A stretch of DNA of 26,086 bases. It comes from a virus (taxonomy: Duplodnaviria; Caudoviricetes). The translations under genes and the position numbers were made by a program. The notes under the pieces were generated by a model. It saw only the letters and a list, made by a program, of their open reading frames with translations. It was not told the origin of the DNA and did not search any database. The stretch lies in IMG/VR virus record IMGVR_UViG_3300021560_001195, positions 1 through 26,086 of that record, one strand, 5' to 3'. Below are positions 5,901 to 14,689 of this stretch, piece by piece (position 1 is the stretch's first letter; each line of letters starts with the position of its first letter).

Positions 5901-7201
5901 TTCGCTTTTTTGCCGTTCTTTAGCCACGCTTCCCCGTGTCCCAGCGTCATGCTTCCCAGCCATGCGGTTTTATCCGTTCTGCCGAAATCTACATCGGCGG
6001 TTTTCGGGCGACCGGCGACAACCGAGGATGTCCCAGCCCCACGATTGCCGCCGGATCCGACTCTCCGAGTGGTGCCCACGCCCGTTGCGTTTCCACCGGA
6101 AAGATTGAAATCCCGCAACACGCGCTTGATGACCGCGGGCGCCTTCTGGCGAGCTGCGGCGACGATGAAGCGTACGGCCTTCTGGTGATCATGCGAACTG
6201 AGCACGGCCTTATAGCGATCGGCGTATCCCGGCGCACTGTTCACTGCTTCCGCCAGGTCATCGTTAATCTGCCTGCGGATGCGGTTGGCGGTTTCGACGC
6301 GCAGCTTCTTCCCGGCCAGCTCCTGGCGCAGCAAGCGGTTTACTTCGCTCATCATCTGGTTGTTGACTTCCGTCCGGACGCCGCCGTACCAGGCTTTGGT
6401 GCGCTCCTGCTGGAACTGCTGCCGCTCCTGGGCGAGTTCGTCTTTCTGGCCCTTCAACGGATCGGGTGCTTTGGTGCGGCTGGCGTAATCCTGCAGGTTG
6501 CGGAAATAGGTTTCGAGCTGCCCGTAAAACTTCTGGATCTCTTCCCAGCGTTCCCCGGCGATGGCGGCCTTCAAATCGCCCATGGTGTCCCACACGCCGC
6601 AACGCGCCAGGGTCTGCACCATGGGAAGCGAGATGACGCGATCGAATTCGATGGGATCTACGCTGGCAAGTTTCTCGAGGTACGGGCGGCCCGCGGCTTT
6701 GAATCCATCCGGCGCTTCGCGGCTCCAGACATCGATGAACACCGGATCGCCCTGGTTGATGCCCTCCTGCAGCATCTTCCCGGCTTCCACTTCTTCGGCC
6801 ATGGCGGTGATGCCCTGGGCGCCGCCGTGGGTCTCGAGCAGCTCGCTGGCCGTGCGGAGCGCTTGCAATCCCCCCATGCGGTCGGACTGCTGCGCTTTGA
6901 ATAATGCGGCGGTCAGCTGCCGCTCGAGCCGCGGATACTTCTCTGCGAATTCTTGATTGCCTGCTACAAATTCACGGATAGCGCGTCGTAAGTGCGTGGG
7001 AAGAGCGCGGTCTGTTCTGCCTCGTTCGCCTTCTTCGCTTTCGCGTTCTCCTTCGGCACCCTGCTCTTGCCCTTCTCCTTCGGTTTCTTCTTGTCCTTCC
7101 GTGCTGGTTTCTTGGCCACTCGATTCCTCCTCTGCGACTCCTGATGATGCACCACCGTCGCCGGAAGAATCTTCTATCAGTCCCAACTCTTCGCCGTCCA
7201 T
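5894..7201 (-). CDS. Putative capsid scaffolding protein
   Basis: 435 aa between portal and coat. Very acidic low-complexity N-terminus, helical/coiled-coil body, basic C-terminus. SD AGGAG. Confidence 0.7.
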   Translation of the reverse strand: MDGEELGLIEDSSGDGGASSGVAEEESSGQETSTEGQEETEGEGQEQGAEGERESEEGERGRTDRALPTHLRRAIREFVAGNQEFAEKYPRLERQLTAALFKAQQSDRMGGLQALRTASELLETHGGAQGITAMAEEVEAGKMLQEGINQGDPVFIDVWSREAPDGFKAAGRPYLEKLASVDPIEFDRVISLPMVQTLARCGVWDTMGDLKAAIAGERWEEIQKFYGQLETYFRNLQDYASRTKAPDPLKGQKDELAQERQQFQQERTKAWYGGVRTEVNNQMMSEVNRLLRQELAGKKLRVETANRIRRQINDDLAEAVNSAPGYADRYKAVLSSHDHQKAVRFIVAAARQKAPAVIKRVLRDFNLSGGNATGVGTTRRVGSGGNRGAGTSSVVAGRPKTADVDFGRTDKTAWLGSMTLGHGEAWLKNGKKAKW

Positions 7202-7220
7202 ACGTTTCTCCTGATTTTAT

Positions 7221-9764
7221 TTATTGCTGCGGGGGCGGCGGGGCTCCTGATGCCGGTGATGGTGGGGGCGGGCCACCACCTTCCGGCGCCTTCACCGTCG
7301 AATTCAATGCCTTCACATCCTTCGCTTTTTCCAGCATGTCGGTTTGCTGCAGCCCTTGCGGGTTCAGCTGGATGCCGAGTTTCTGGGCCACCTGCATCTG
7401 TCCCTCAGGCGGCAGATCCTTGAAATTCGTGCTGATCGATTCCGACACCGGCTTCATCTGCGGCTGCTGGCTCATCTGCGCTTGCTTCATCAGCGCGGCG
7501 AGGGCGGCTTTGTGCTCGTCGTAGTGCAACCGCACATTCGCAAAACCATTCGGATTATTGGCGCGTTCTTTAATGCCTTCAGGGGTGTTGGACCAAGTTT
7601 TAATTTCCGCCATTTCCGAGGCATGGTCGTCCAGCTCCTCATCGATCGGCACACTCGACACCAGCTGCGGAATGGAAGACACCGCCTTGGCCATCTGCGC
7701 CGAAGCTTGCTGCATGGCCGCGGGCGGCATCCCCGGCGGCGGCGGCCCGATGGCTTGCACCGCTTGCTGGGCTTGCTGGAGTTTCGGATTCGGCACCGGA
7801 TCGGTGTGCAGCAAGATCATAATTTCCGCTTGCTGCTTGTTGGCGGAAGCCGCGGCGGGCACATTCAGTTCCGGAAGTCCCAGCTTGTCCTTGGCGATCG
7901 ACAGGTTCCGCGGCACCGCGAGAATCTGCTGCAGAATGGGATTGGTAGCCGCGGCAGCCATAATCGCGTTCCAGGCGGCCCGCTGCATCACCCAGGATTC
8001 CGGAAAATTTTCGTCCGTGTCCGGATAACACCGGATGTTGCCTTTCAAGTCTTCGGGATCTACTCGCAGGTGCTCTTTGACTCCACCTGCCGCTGGCACT
8101 TCACCACTCATGGGGCTGTTGCGGAATTTTGCCGCGCAGCCCACGGCCTGGCGCATGATATTCGCGTAGCCAGATTTCAAGTTCCGCCAGGTCAACCCCA
8201 AACGCCCCAGTGCTTGATCGCGCTGGATGGAGATTCCGCCGAGAGTGTCGTTCGCGCCGGTGTCGCCGCCAAAGAGCGCGGGAAACGCGCCGCAAAGAAA
8301 CTGGCTGAACTGATTGAATAAATTCTCGATGTAGACGAGCAACCCTTCGGCCAGCTGGATCTGCGGTTCCACGAAAAAATTGGTGGCCAGTTCCTTATCC
8401 GGTCGCCGCTTCATCTTCACGTACTGTCCCGGCTTGGTTTGCAGCTGCTGTAAGGCATCCGTGTCGATGGCTTCCGAATCCACCCACTTCAGCGGCACCA
8501 GATGCATGAAAGCGTCGTGCACGTATTCCATGCAATCATTCAATTTTTCCTGCAGCGGAATGATCGGCTGCCCCAGCGCCGGACGATGCATGCCATCGCC
8601 TGGCCGCGGCGGAATGACCGTCCAGTGGTCGTCCATCTGTTCGCGGCGGCATTCCACAACTTCCTTGCCCACCATGGCGACCATCCCGCCTTCCGGAAAT
8701 GTCTCGTACAGCCATTCACGCTTTTTGTCGTCCTCGATCTCGCGATAAAAACTGGGCCGGAACCAGCCGAGAGATTCTGTGGTCTGGTAGGTCATGGCGT
8801 CGTTGGTCATGTTGCTGGGACGCATGCCGGTCATAATCGATGTCCGCGCCAGGCGGGCGTATTCGGTGTTCGCCGTGGGCGTCGACATAGCCAGAATTTC
8901 TTTGGCTTTGTTGGGATACTTGGTCTTCATGCGGGTGATGTCGAATTCCCGCGAGAGCTGCAGGTAGTCGCATTCGTGAATGCTTCGCGCCTGCAACGGC
9001 ACTTTCACCTCGAGACACCCGAAAGCTTCGATCACTTCCTGGCCGCGAGGATCACCCTTTTCGAAACTTTCTTCCTCCACGCCTTTGCCTTTGGTTTCCG
9101 GCAAATAACTTTCTTCGTCTTCAAGTTCCGGTTTCTGCTCGTAGCCGAAGCGCTGGCCGTCGATGACGTAGTGCGTGTATACGTGGGCGATGGCATCGGT
9201 CCACAGGAAGCGGCAAACGTCTTCCTGAATGACCACCATGTTGTTGGCGCGTTCGATCAGCCGCGTGGCGTCACTGGAACTTTCCGCCGCCGCAACGTCC
9301 GCGGGATTGTCGGGTTCGTCCGGTTCAAAGCGCACCGAAGGGTTGCCCGCGGTGAGCGCGGCGATGATGGTATCAGCGAAAGCAAGATAGATATTGGTCT
9401 CTTGGTTGTGATCATCATACGACTGCCCGCCCACGAGGATGAGCTGCGGCAGCACCCATGCGCCGTTACGCCCCGGCAGCAGGAATTGATTGCCGCGGTA
9501 AAAATACCTGGCTTTCCAGGCATCGCGAATCTGCAGCCGGTAACTGGTCAAATCGCGCTGGCTGGCGCGATCCATCAGCATTTTCAGGATGCCTTCTTTT
9601 TCCTCGACATCCATGCCGCTCTCGTCGTCTTCTTCGAGATCGACTTGATCGTCCTCTGTGACCGCGTCGACCGGACATAATTCTCCCGGCTTAAATTGTT
9701 CTTCTTCCTCTTCCCCAACTTCTTCGTCTTCGTCGCGATCGATTACGTCTTCTTCTTCAGCCAT
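7221..9764 (-). CDS. Portal protein (P22-like, long)
   Basis: Start likely ATG 9764, giving 847 aa. Portal-type motifs ARYFYRGNQ, TNIYLAFADTIIAALTAGNPSVRFEP, IIPLQEKLN and AFPALFGG...TLGGISIQRDQA; Pro/Gln-rich tail; position after terL. Confidence 0.85.
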   Translation of the reverse strand: MAEEEDVIDRDEDEEVGEEEEEQFKPGELCPVDAVTEDDQVDLEEDDESGMDVEEKEGILKMLMDRASQRDLTSYRLQIRDAWKARYFYRGNQFLLPGRNGAWVLPQLILVGGQSYDDHNQETNIYLAFADTIIAALTAGNPSVRFEPDEPDNPADVAAAESSSDATRLIERANNMVVIQEDVCRFLWTDAIAHVYTHYVIDGQRFGYEQKPELEDEESYLPETKGKGVEEESFEKGDPRGQEVIEAFGCLEVKVPLQARSIHECDYLQLSREFDITRMKTKYPNKAKEILAMSTPTANTEYARLARTSIMTGMRPSNMTNDAMTYQTTESLGWFRPSFYREIEDDKKREWLYETFPEGGMVAMVGKEVVECRREQMDDHWTVIPPRPGDGMHRPALGQPIIPLQEKLNDCMEYVHDAFMHLVPLKWVDSEAIDTDALQQLQTKPGQYVKMKRRPDKELATNFFVEPQIQLAEGLLVYIENLFNQFSQFLCGAFPALFGGDTGANDTLGGISIQRDQALGRLGLTWRNLKSGYANIMRQAVGCAAKFRNSPMSGEVPAAGGVKEHLRVDPEDLKGNIRCYPDTDENFPESWVMQRAAWNAIMAAAATNPILQQILAVPRNLSIAKDKLGLPELNVPAAASANKQQAEIMILLHTDPVPNPKLQQAQQAVQAIGPPPPGMPPAAMQQASAQMAKAVSSIPQLVSSVPIDEELDDHASEMAEIKTWSNTPEGIKERANNPNGFANVRLHYDEHKAALAALMKQAQMSQQPQMKPVSESISTNFKDLPPEGQMQVAQKLGIQLNPQGLQQTDMLEKAKDVKALNSTVKAPEGGGPPPPSPASGAPPPPQQ

Positions 9765-9951
9765 GCTTTGCGCCCATGAATGCGAGGGCCAGCCGCGCTC
9801 TGCGGCCGGTTTTTCCGCTCGCATGTTTTTTCGCTTCGGCGTACGACCGCGTACTCATGCCGTGGCGGGCGGCTTCGGCTTTGAACACGCCTTTGGTGCC
9901 GCGCCGCTTGATGGATTCCGCAGCTTCTGTGAGTGGCTTATCTTCGGCCAT
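9757..9951 (-). CDS. Small basic phage protein
   Basis: ATG 9951 with SD GAGG, 64 aa, K/R-rich (GKTGRRARLALAF), stop overlapping the portal start. Confidence 0.7.
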   Translation of the reverse strand: MAEDKPLTEAAESIKRRGTKGVFKAEAARHGMSTRSYAEAKKHASGKTGRRARLALAFMGAKHG

Positions 9952-10336
9952 GCGTTTTACCTCGATCATCGATGCCTTCGATGACTATGCGAGAAACATT
10001 GCGCGGTTCCCGTGGGGCAGTCGCATTGAAATCGGGCACCGGCTTCAAGTACGGCGAAGGTCCGGCGGGTCTGGTGTCCATCTCCGGAAACACCACCTCG
10101 CCTTTGTGCAGCTGGTACGCGCCGGTTTCCGGCACCGTGCCGCCCTGCTGGAAACTCCCCTTCACCCGCGCATATTCATGCGCCATGGATTTCTTTTCCG
10201 GAATGTCGTGGCCTTCTTTCCGCAGGTACGACAGTTGGATGGCTTTGGCTTGCTTGGGATTCCGTACGATCGGCCCGCCAGCGCCGCTGTGCAATTTGTG
10301 CTGGCGGTATAACTTCATCACTTCCGATGCTGGCAT
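9938..10336 (-). CDS. Hypothetical protein with DUF6496-like N-terminus
   Basis: EVMKLYRQHKLHSGAGGPIVRNPKQAKAIQLS resembles DUF6496 (from memory). Also contains FQQGGTVPETGAYQLHKGEVVFP. Confidence 0.65.
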   Translation of the reverse strand: MPASEVMKLYRQHKLHSGAGGPIVRNPKQAKAIQLSYLRKEGHDIPEKKSMAHEYARVKGSFQQGGTVPETGAYQLHKGEVVFPEMDTRPAGPSPYLKPVPDFNATAPREPRNVSRIVIEGIDDRGKTHGRR

Positions 10337-10340
10337 TTTT

Positions 10341-10712
10341 TTAAAGCAGGCTGTCCTTTACGCGGCGTTCACGTTGCCTTTGAACTTTTCGAGGGTCTGC
10401 TTCTTCGTCAATGAAATCGAGGGAATCATCCTGGGTGATCTGCGCCACCGGAACGGCTCCCGGCGGCTGCAGGTTCACGATACGTCCGAGGAGCACGCCG
10501 CCGGTGCCCACGAACCACACTTCCGTGGCCGGAACCTGCGCGTTCATTTCGACGCTAAAGGGATGAATCGGAAATCGTATGTCTTTGATCACCGGCCACT
10601 GCCGCGCATTCACTTGCGCGGTGATCGATTGCGGAAAGCGCGTCAATCCCGCATGGATCATGGATTGCGTCAGCGCGGCGCCGTTGGTGTTGATGTTTTC
10701 ACCTGTGCTCAT
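10341..10712 (-). CDS. Hypothetical protein
   Basis: 123 aa, start overlaps the upstream gene end, contiguous operon packing. Confidence 0.65.
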   Translation of the reverse strand: MSTGENINTNGAALTQSMIHAGLTRFPQSITAQVNARQWPVIKDIRFPIHPFSVEMNAQVPATEVWFVGTGGVLLGRIVNLQPPGAVPVAQITQDDSLDFIDEEADPRKVQRQRERRVKDSLL

Positions 10713-11076
10713 GTTCGTTGCAGCATCCGCGCTGCTCTACGAGGCCTTCGACTTCTTGGCAGGCGCTGGTCGCGTTTCCCGGTTCTGCCATGTATTTGCA
10801 GTTGACGCAGTGGGTGTCGCCTTCGTCCGTGTATCCGGCTTCGGCTTGGCTGACTTGAGTGATGCGCCATTTGTGATCGAGACGTGTTGGATGCGGCACG
10901 CCGTTAACATAGAGACCGCAAACTCCAGCCGGTACAATGTCCCCTTTAACCTCGAGGCATTCTCCCGTATTGCGGACAAACTTCCAGCAGCTTCCACAAC
11001 GCGCACCTGCCGCTCGATTGATCGAAGCAGGTTTGAAATACAGGACGGTGGACTTTCCATCTTTGTGTTCGCTCAT
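10699..11076 (-). CDS. Tandem HiPIP-like [4Fe-4S] domain protein
   Basis: Start ATG 11076 (TGATG overlap), 125 aa. Two repeats, C-x2-C-x9-C-x12-C and C-x2-C-x12-C-x12-C, each with an upstream Tyr and a terminal G-x-C as in HiPIPs. Confidence 0.7.
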   Translation of the reverse strand: MSEHKDGKSTVLYFKPASINRAAGARCGSCWKFVRNTGECLEVKGDIVPAGVCGLYVNGVPHPTRLDHKWRITQVSQAEAGYTDEGDTHCVNCKYMAEPGNATSACQEVEGLVEQRGCCNEHEHR

Positions 11077-11270
11077 CAGTGCCAGTAACAGAAGATTTTC
11101 GGAAACGTGATTTGGTGCGCTTGCTCGAGGTGGTGAAAAAGATACGTCAGCAGTAGCATGTCTTCTTCCGGCTGAATCACTACCATCTCCCAGCCGCATT
11201 CGCAGGCGATGGTCATGGCCCCGGCAATGGCATTCGGCACGGGATCGAACTGGACCCGTGGCTGCGCCAT
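11076..11270 (-). CDS. Small Zn-finger-like protein
   Basis: 64 aa, CECGW...HHLEQAH (C2H2-like). Confidence 0.6.
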   Translation of the reverse strand: MAQPRVQFDPVPNAIAGAMTIACECGWEMVVIQPEEDMLLLTYLFHHLEQAHQITFPKIFCYWH

Positions 11271-11273
11271 CGC

Positions 11274-11738
11274 TTACGCCATGTAGCCGATGCGCGATCC
11301 GCCCATGCCGCCGCGGGATTCCGCGCCTTCCGCTTCCCCGGCAACTTCCGCGTCCTCGCGGCCCATGTCGCCCAGGTGATCGGTATCCTCGCCCATGGCG
11401 TGCTCGCCGTGTTCGTGGGCCTCGCCGAGGGTAGCGTGATCCGCATGGGCCACATGCCCGTCTTCATGCTGCGTCACGCTGTGGTAGCCCTGGTGGGTTT
11501 TGTAGATGTGGTGGCTGACCGCGCCGCCGTGCTCGCCCACGATGTTTTTGATTTCGTCGTGGCCGCTAGGTTCGCGAGCGCCAGCCGATTCGCCGCCGCG
11601 CTCACTGGGACGCTGTTCCGTGCCTTCGCGGACATCCTTGTGCAGCGGCTTTTTCTTTTTGCCCTTCGCTTCGTTGTAGCGGTCTACAATCTGCCGGTTG
11701 CCCGTGAGTTTTCCATCGTATGTTTCACTGCCCCGCAT
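11274..11738 (-). CDS. His-rich hypothetical protein
   Basis: 154 aa with 15 His, mostly clustered in HHIYKTHQGYHSVTQHEDGHVAHADHATLGEAHEHGEH. Confidence 0.75.
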   Translation of the reverse strand: MRGSETYDGKLTGNRQIVDRYNEAKGKKKKPLHKDVREGTEQRPSERGGESAGAREPSGHDEIKNIVGEHGGAVSHHIYKTHQGYHSVTQHEDGHVAHADHATLGEAHEHGEHAMGEDTDHLGDMGREDAEVAGEAEGAESRGGMGGSRIGYMA

Positions 11739-12060
11739 CTTTCACCTCCGTATCCCATTTGCCTTGTTCCACGATTTTTTCCTGCTGCTCCTGGCTGAGT
11801 TCGTTCCATTCGCGCTTGAGGTCTGCAAAACTTTTCCGCGCTGGCAATTGAATGTGTTCGATATTGGGCAGCAGCCCCGGTGCCCGCGATTGCGCGGAAT
11901 AGTCCCGTTGCGCCGCGTTGCCCGCTGTAGCGATGGCCAGTTCCAGGCGCTCGCACTTGCCGCGGTAGTATTCCAGATCCTTGCGCAGCTCTTTTTCGCG
12001 TTCGATCGATTGCGCCATGTCGAACTCCAGCAGCTTCACGTAGCGGTCAGCTTTTGCCAT
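11725..12060 (-). CDS. Hypothetical coiled-coil protein
   Basis: 111 aa, charged helical, overlaps neighbours in operon fashion. Confidence 0.7.
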   Translation of the reverse strand: MAKADRYVKLLEFDMAQSIEREKELRKDLEYYRGKCERLELAIATAGNAAQRDYSAQSRAPGLLPNIEHIQLPARKSFADLKREWNELSQEQQEKIVEQGKWDTEVKDAGQ

Positions 12061-12169
12061 AAGTCTTCCTGAATTTGTGATACCAGCGGATCCAAGTCTT
12101 GTAAGAGTGTACGACCACCGGAAGACCTACGAACAAACCGGCCAGAAATTCGATGAGTTTTTCTTTCAT
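12047..12169 (-). CDS. 40-aa small membrane protein (below ORF-track cutoff)
   Basis: ATG overlaps the terL stop (ATGA). MKEKLIEFLAGLFVGLPVVVHSYKTWIRWYHKFRKTYGKS*: hydrophobic segment plus basic/aromatic tail. Confidence 0.5.
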   Translation of the reverse strand: MKEKLIEFLAGLFVGLPVVVHSYKTWIRWYHKFRKTYGKS

Positions 12170-13659
12170 CGCCGCCTGCGATTGATGGTGAAGGTCACGC
12201 CATCAGTCGCATCGCGGCTGGTCAGCTTCAGGTAGCGCATGTACTTTTGCTGGTTGTCCGGAATGGCCTGGATTTCCCGTTGCATCAAAATTTCTCTGGG
12301 GATCTGCTGTTCGCTGGCGTAACTCATCACCCCGTAACGAAAACTTTCGCACACATCCAAAAACAGTTCGTTGCCTTCCTTGACGGCATCCTCGATGTTC
12401 CTCTCGTCGCGCATCAGCTTCGGGATGGAGTCGATGACGTCAGGACAGTTATCGAGTACTGCCACTGTGTCGGTATCGAGCAACGTGTAGCAGAGACGCC
12501 AGCCATCCACTCGACGGTTATTTGCCCGCTCCGGTCGCGGCAGTTCGTACTCCACGAATACGTCACCCATCTTGTCCGCGATGGAATGGAACTGATCAAT
12601 TTTTGAAAAGCGATCTGGCGACAGGTAGACGTGTCCGATGTGATCAACTTGGTCTCCAGTGTGATTCGCACCTGCAATTTTCTCCGCGATCAGTTGTTCG
12701 TTCATCTGCCGCAACACCAGCTGCCGGTAGCACAGCAGGATGGTGCGTTTGGCTTCCGGATCAAATTCCGTTTTGATTCTGACCCGCGTCCACCACAGCG
12801 CTACCGTCGAGTGTTCGAATCCCCAGTCGATGCTGATCCAGCGGTCTTGCCACGGCTCAAAAACAACTTGGCTGAATTTTTTGACATGGCGAGCCGGATC
12901 CCAGTTCTGGAAAAACTGGCCCGCGAGTATGTCCCAGCTACCAGGGATCCAAGCCTGTCGGAGTACCGGATCAACAATTGATTCCAGGGCAGCGATGTAG
13001 TTCTTGTCATTGGCGTACACGAAGTTGTCGACGTACGTGCTGTGAATGGCTTCGTAGTCGTTGGCATCATAGTTCGCCAGCATCTCCCCCACCGGCTTCT
13101 TCAGAATCCATAAAGCTTTCACCCAGCCAGATCCAATCCCATTCGGATTCGTGCCGCCCGCCATCCGCGGCCTGACCTTGTACTCTTTTCCGCGGTGCCA
13201 GTAACTCTTGATGGGGCAGCGATTCGAGCCCTTCAGAAAATCCCACTGCCGGTAAGTGAACTGCGTCAGCTCTTCCCAGCCGATGAAAACGAATTCAGCG
13301 CCCTGATACTGCAACAGGTCCGCGTCGTTTTTCACATGGCCGAAAAAAAGTTTCGAGCCGTTGTGAAACATCACCACTTTGCGGCTCGCGTTGTAGCGGA
13401 AATACAGGTGAGCAGGAACTGTCTTGGTGAACAAGTCCTCGATGCCGCCCTTCTCCATCGAGGTGAGAGTTCTGCGTAGCAGCAGTGAGTTGCTGCCAGG
13501 AATCAATAGACACTGGGTTATCGCCTCCCACAAGAGCGCGGTGGATTTCCCGCCTCCGCGCCCGCCTTCGAGCAGCGGATAGCGTGCGCGGCTTTCGTGA
13601 AATTTCCGCTGCACCAGCTGGGGCCGATAGTAGTCGCCGATTTCAGTTGATGGGTTCAT
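12166..13659 (-). CDS. terL: Terminase large subunit
   Basis: Start likely ATG 13659. Q-motif (PQLVQRKFH), Walker A GGRGGGKS, Walker B FIGWEE, motif III GGTNPNG, nuclease ISIDWG and LDVCESFRYG. Confidence 0.95.
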   Translation of the reverse strand: MNPSTEIGDYYRPQLVQRKFHESRARYPLLEGGRGGGKSTALLWEAITQCLLIPGSNSLLLRRTLTSMEKGGIEDLFTKTVPAHLYFRYNASRKVVMFHNGSKLFFGHVKNDADLLQYQGAEFVFIGWEELTQFTYRQWDFLKGSNRCPIKSYWHRGKEYKVRPRMAGGTNPNGIGSGWVKALWILKKPVGEMLANYDANDYEAIHSTYVDNFVYANDKNYIAALESIVDPVLRQAWIPGSWDILAGQFFQNWDPARHVKKFSQVVFEPWQDRWISIDWGFEHSTVALWWTRVRIKTEFDPEAKRTILLCYRQLVLRQMNEQLIAEKIAGANHTGDQVDHIGHVYLSPDRFSKIDQFHSIADKMGDVFVEYELPRPERANNRRVDGWRLCYTLLDTDTVAVLDNCPDVIDSIPKLMRDERNIEDAVKEGNELFLDVCESFRYGVMSYASEQQIPREILMQREIQAIPDNQQKYMRYLKLTSRDATDGVTFTINRRRR

Positions 13660-13993
13660 GCCGCGTGGGCACCGCGGAAACATCGAACTGCGGACCCGCG
13701 GTCAGTGGCCGGTCTTCGGCTTCGATGGGTTCCCGCGGCGGGCGCCCGTAGAGATAGTGAACCGCCATCTTGAAAGCGTCAAAACGGATTTCCTTCGGAA
13801 TCGGAACATGCCTGCCGTCTTTCATTCTTCCGTACAGGAAATATTGCCACAGCGCTTTCATTTCCTCTTCCGGCAAAACCTGCCGCAACACGTCGCGAAT
13901 GCCTTTACTGCGCCAGTGCGAGCCGCCGCTGCCGGGAATTTTCTTGTGCCCTTTTTTGAATGCATGGGCGTTGCCTGGTTGAAAAGTAGGCAT
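13643..13993 (-). CDS. terS: Putative terminase small subunit
   Basis: 116 aa directly upstream of and overlapping terL, with N-terminal FQPGN/FKKG repeats and YLYGRP typical of such proteins. Confidence 0.6.
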   Translation of the reverse strand: MPTFQPGNAHAFKKGHKKIPGSGGSHWRSKGIRDVLRQVLPEEEMKALWQYFLYGRMKDGRHVPIPKEIRFDAFKMAVHYLYGRPPREPIEAEDRPLTAGPQFDVSAVPTRHEPIN

Positions 13994-13996
13994 GAT

Positions 13997-14689
13997 TCAC
14001 ATCCTCAACCTGAAATCGAAACCGGGGCCCAGATCGCCGCCGCCAGGCGGCCCTAGTGGAATGCTGCCGCTCGCGGATCCGGCCACGAAAGTTTTCAATG
14101 TCGGCGTGAGTACGCTGACCGGCGCGAAAATGCCGAGAGTGGTTGCTCCGGATCCCCGCGGACTTACCGAACTGCAGTCGCGGCCCGCTTTGAACACGCC
14201 GTTCAGGAAAAAGTAACCGATGTTGCCGATAACCGCCAAGGTGTAGACGTCGTTCACCGTGGGCGTGTAGTTCACGTTCTCGTAGATGTTGAGATCTGCG
14301 GTGCCATTGCCATACTGCACGGCGGCGGTGAGGGAAACCGTCGAACCGTCGTGGTTGTCGAGGACACTGATAAACCAAGCATCTTCGAAATTCGCAAACA
14401 CCGTGTCGGTGCGCAAGCTGGCGAACAGTTGCTGGCCGTTTCCGAGGGTGCCAAACGATCCGGCATCGGTGAACGAGAGATAGCAATCATTCGGAATGCT
14501 GGCCCCGATAAGTTGTTCGCTGCCCTGGCTGAGATTATCCGCTGCCGTCGATTCGCAAATCCCGCTGGCTGCTTGCAATGCCACCACCGTGAGATGCGAA
14601 TTGGTCAACACCGACCAGTTCGCCGGATTCAAGGGATTGGCGGTGGGCGTGAAGTTGTCGGTGTAGATGGGCGTAAGCGTGAGAGCCAT
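13997..14689 (-). CDS. ConA/LamG-like beta-sandwich protein with conserved C-terminal tag (copy 3)
   Basis: ATG 14689 in TGATG overlap. PTVNDVYTLAVIGNIGYFFLNGV lectin-like strand pattern; ends GPPGGGDLGPGFDFRLRM. Confidence 0.75.
   Translation of the reverse strand: MALTLTPIYTDNFTPTANPLNPANWSVLTNSHLTVVALQAASGICESTAADNLSQGSEQLIGASIPNDCYLSFTDAGSFGTLGNGQQLFASLRTDTVFANFEDAWFISVLDNHDGSTVSLTAAVQYGNGTADLNIYENVNYTPTVNDVYTLAVIGNIGYFFLNGVFKAGRDCSSVSPRGSGATTLGIFAPVSVLTPTLKTFVAGSASGSIPLGPPGGGDLGPGFDFRLRM

Noticed and set aside
13670-13705. terS C-terminal AGPQFDV resembling the GPxFDF tag
   Set aside because: Only 4 residues match, it is not terminal and it lacks the linker and the [RK]LR ending; probably chance.
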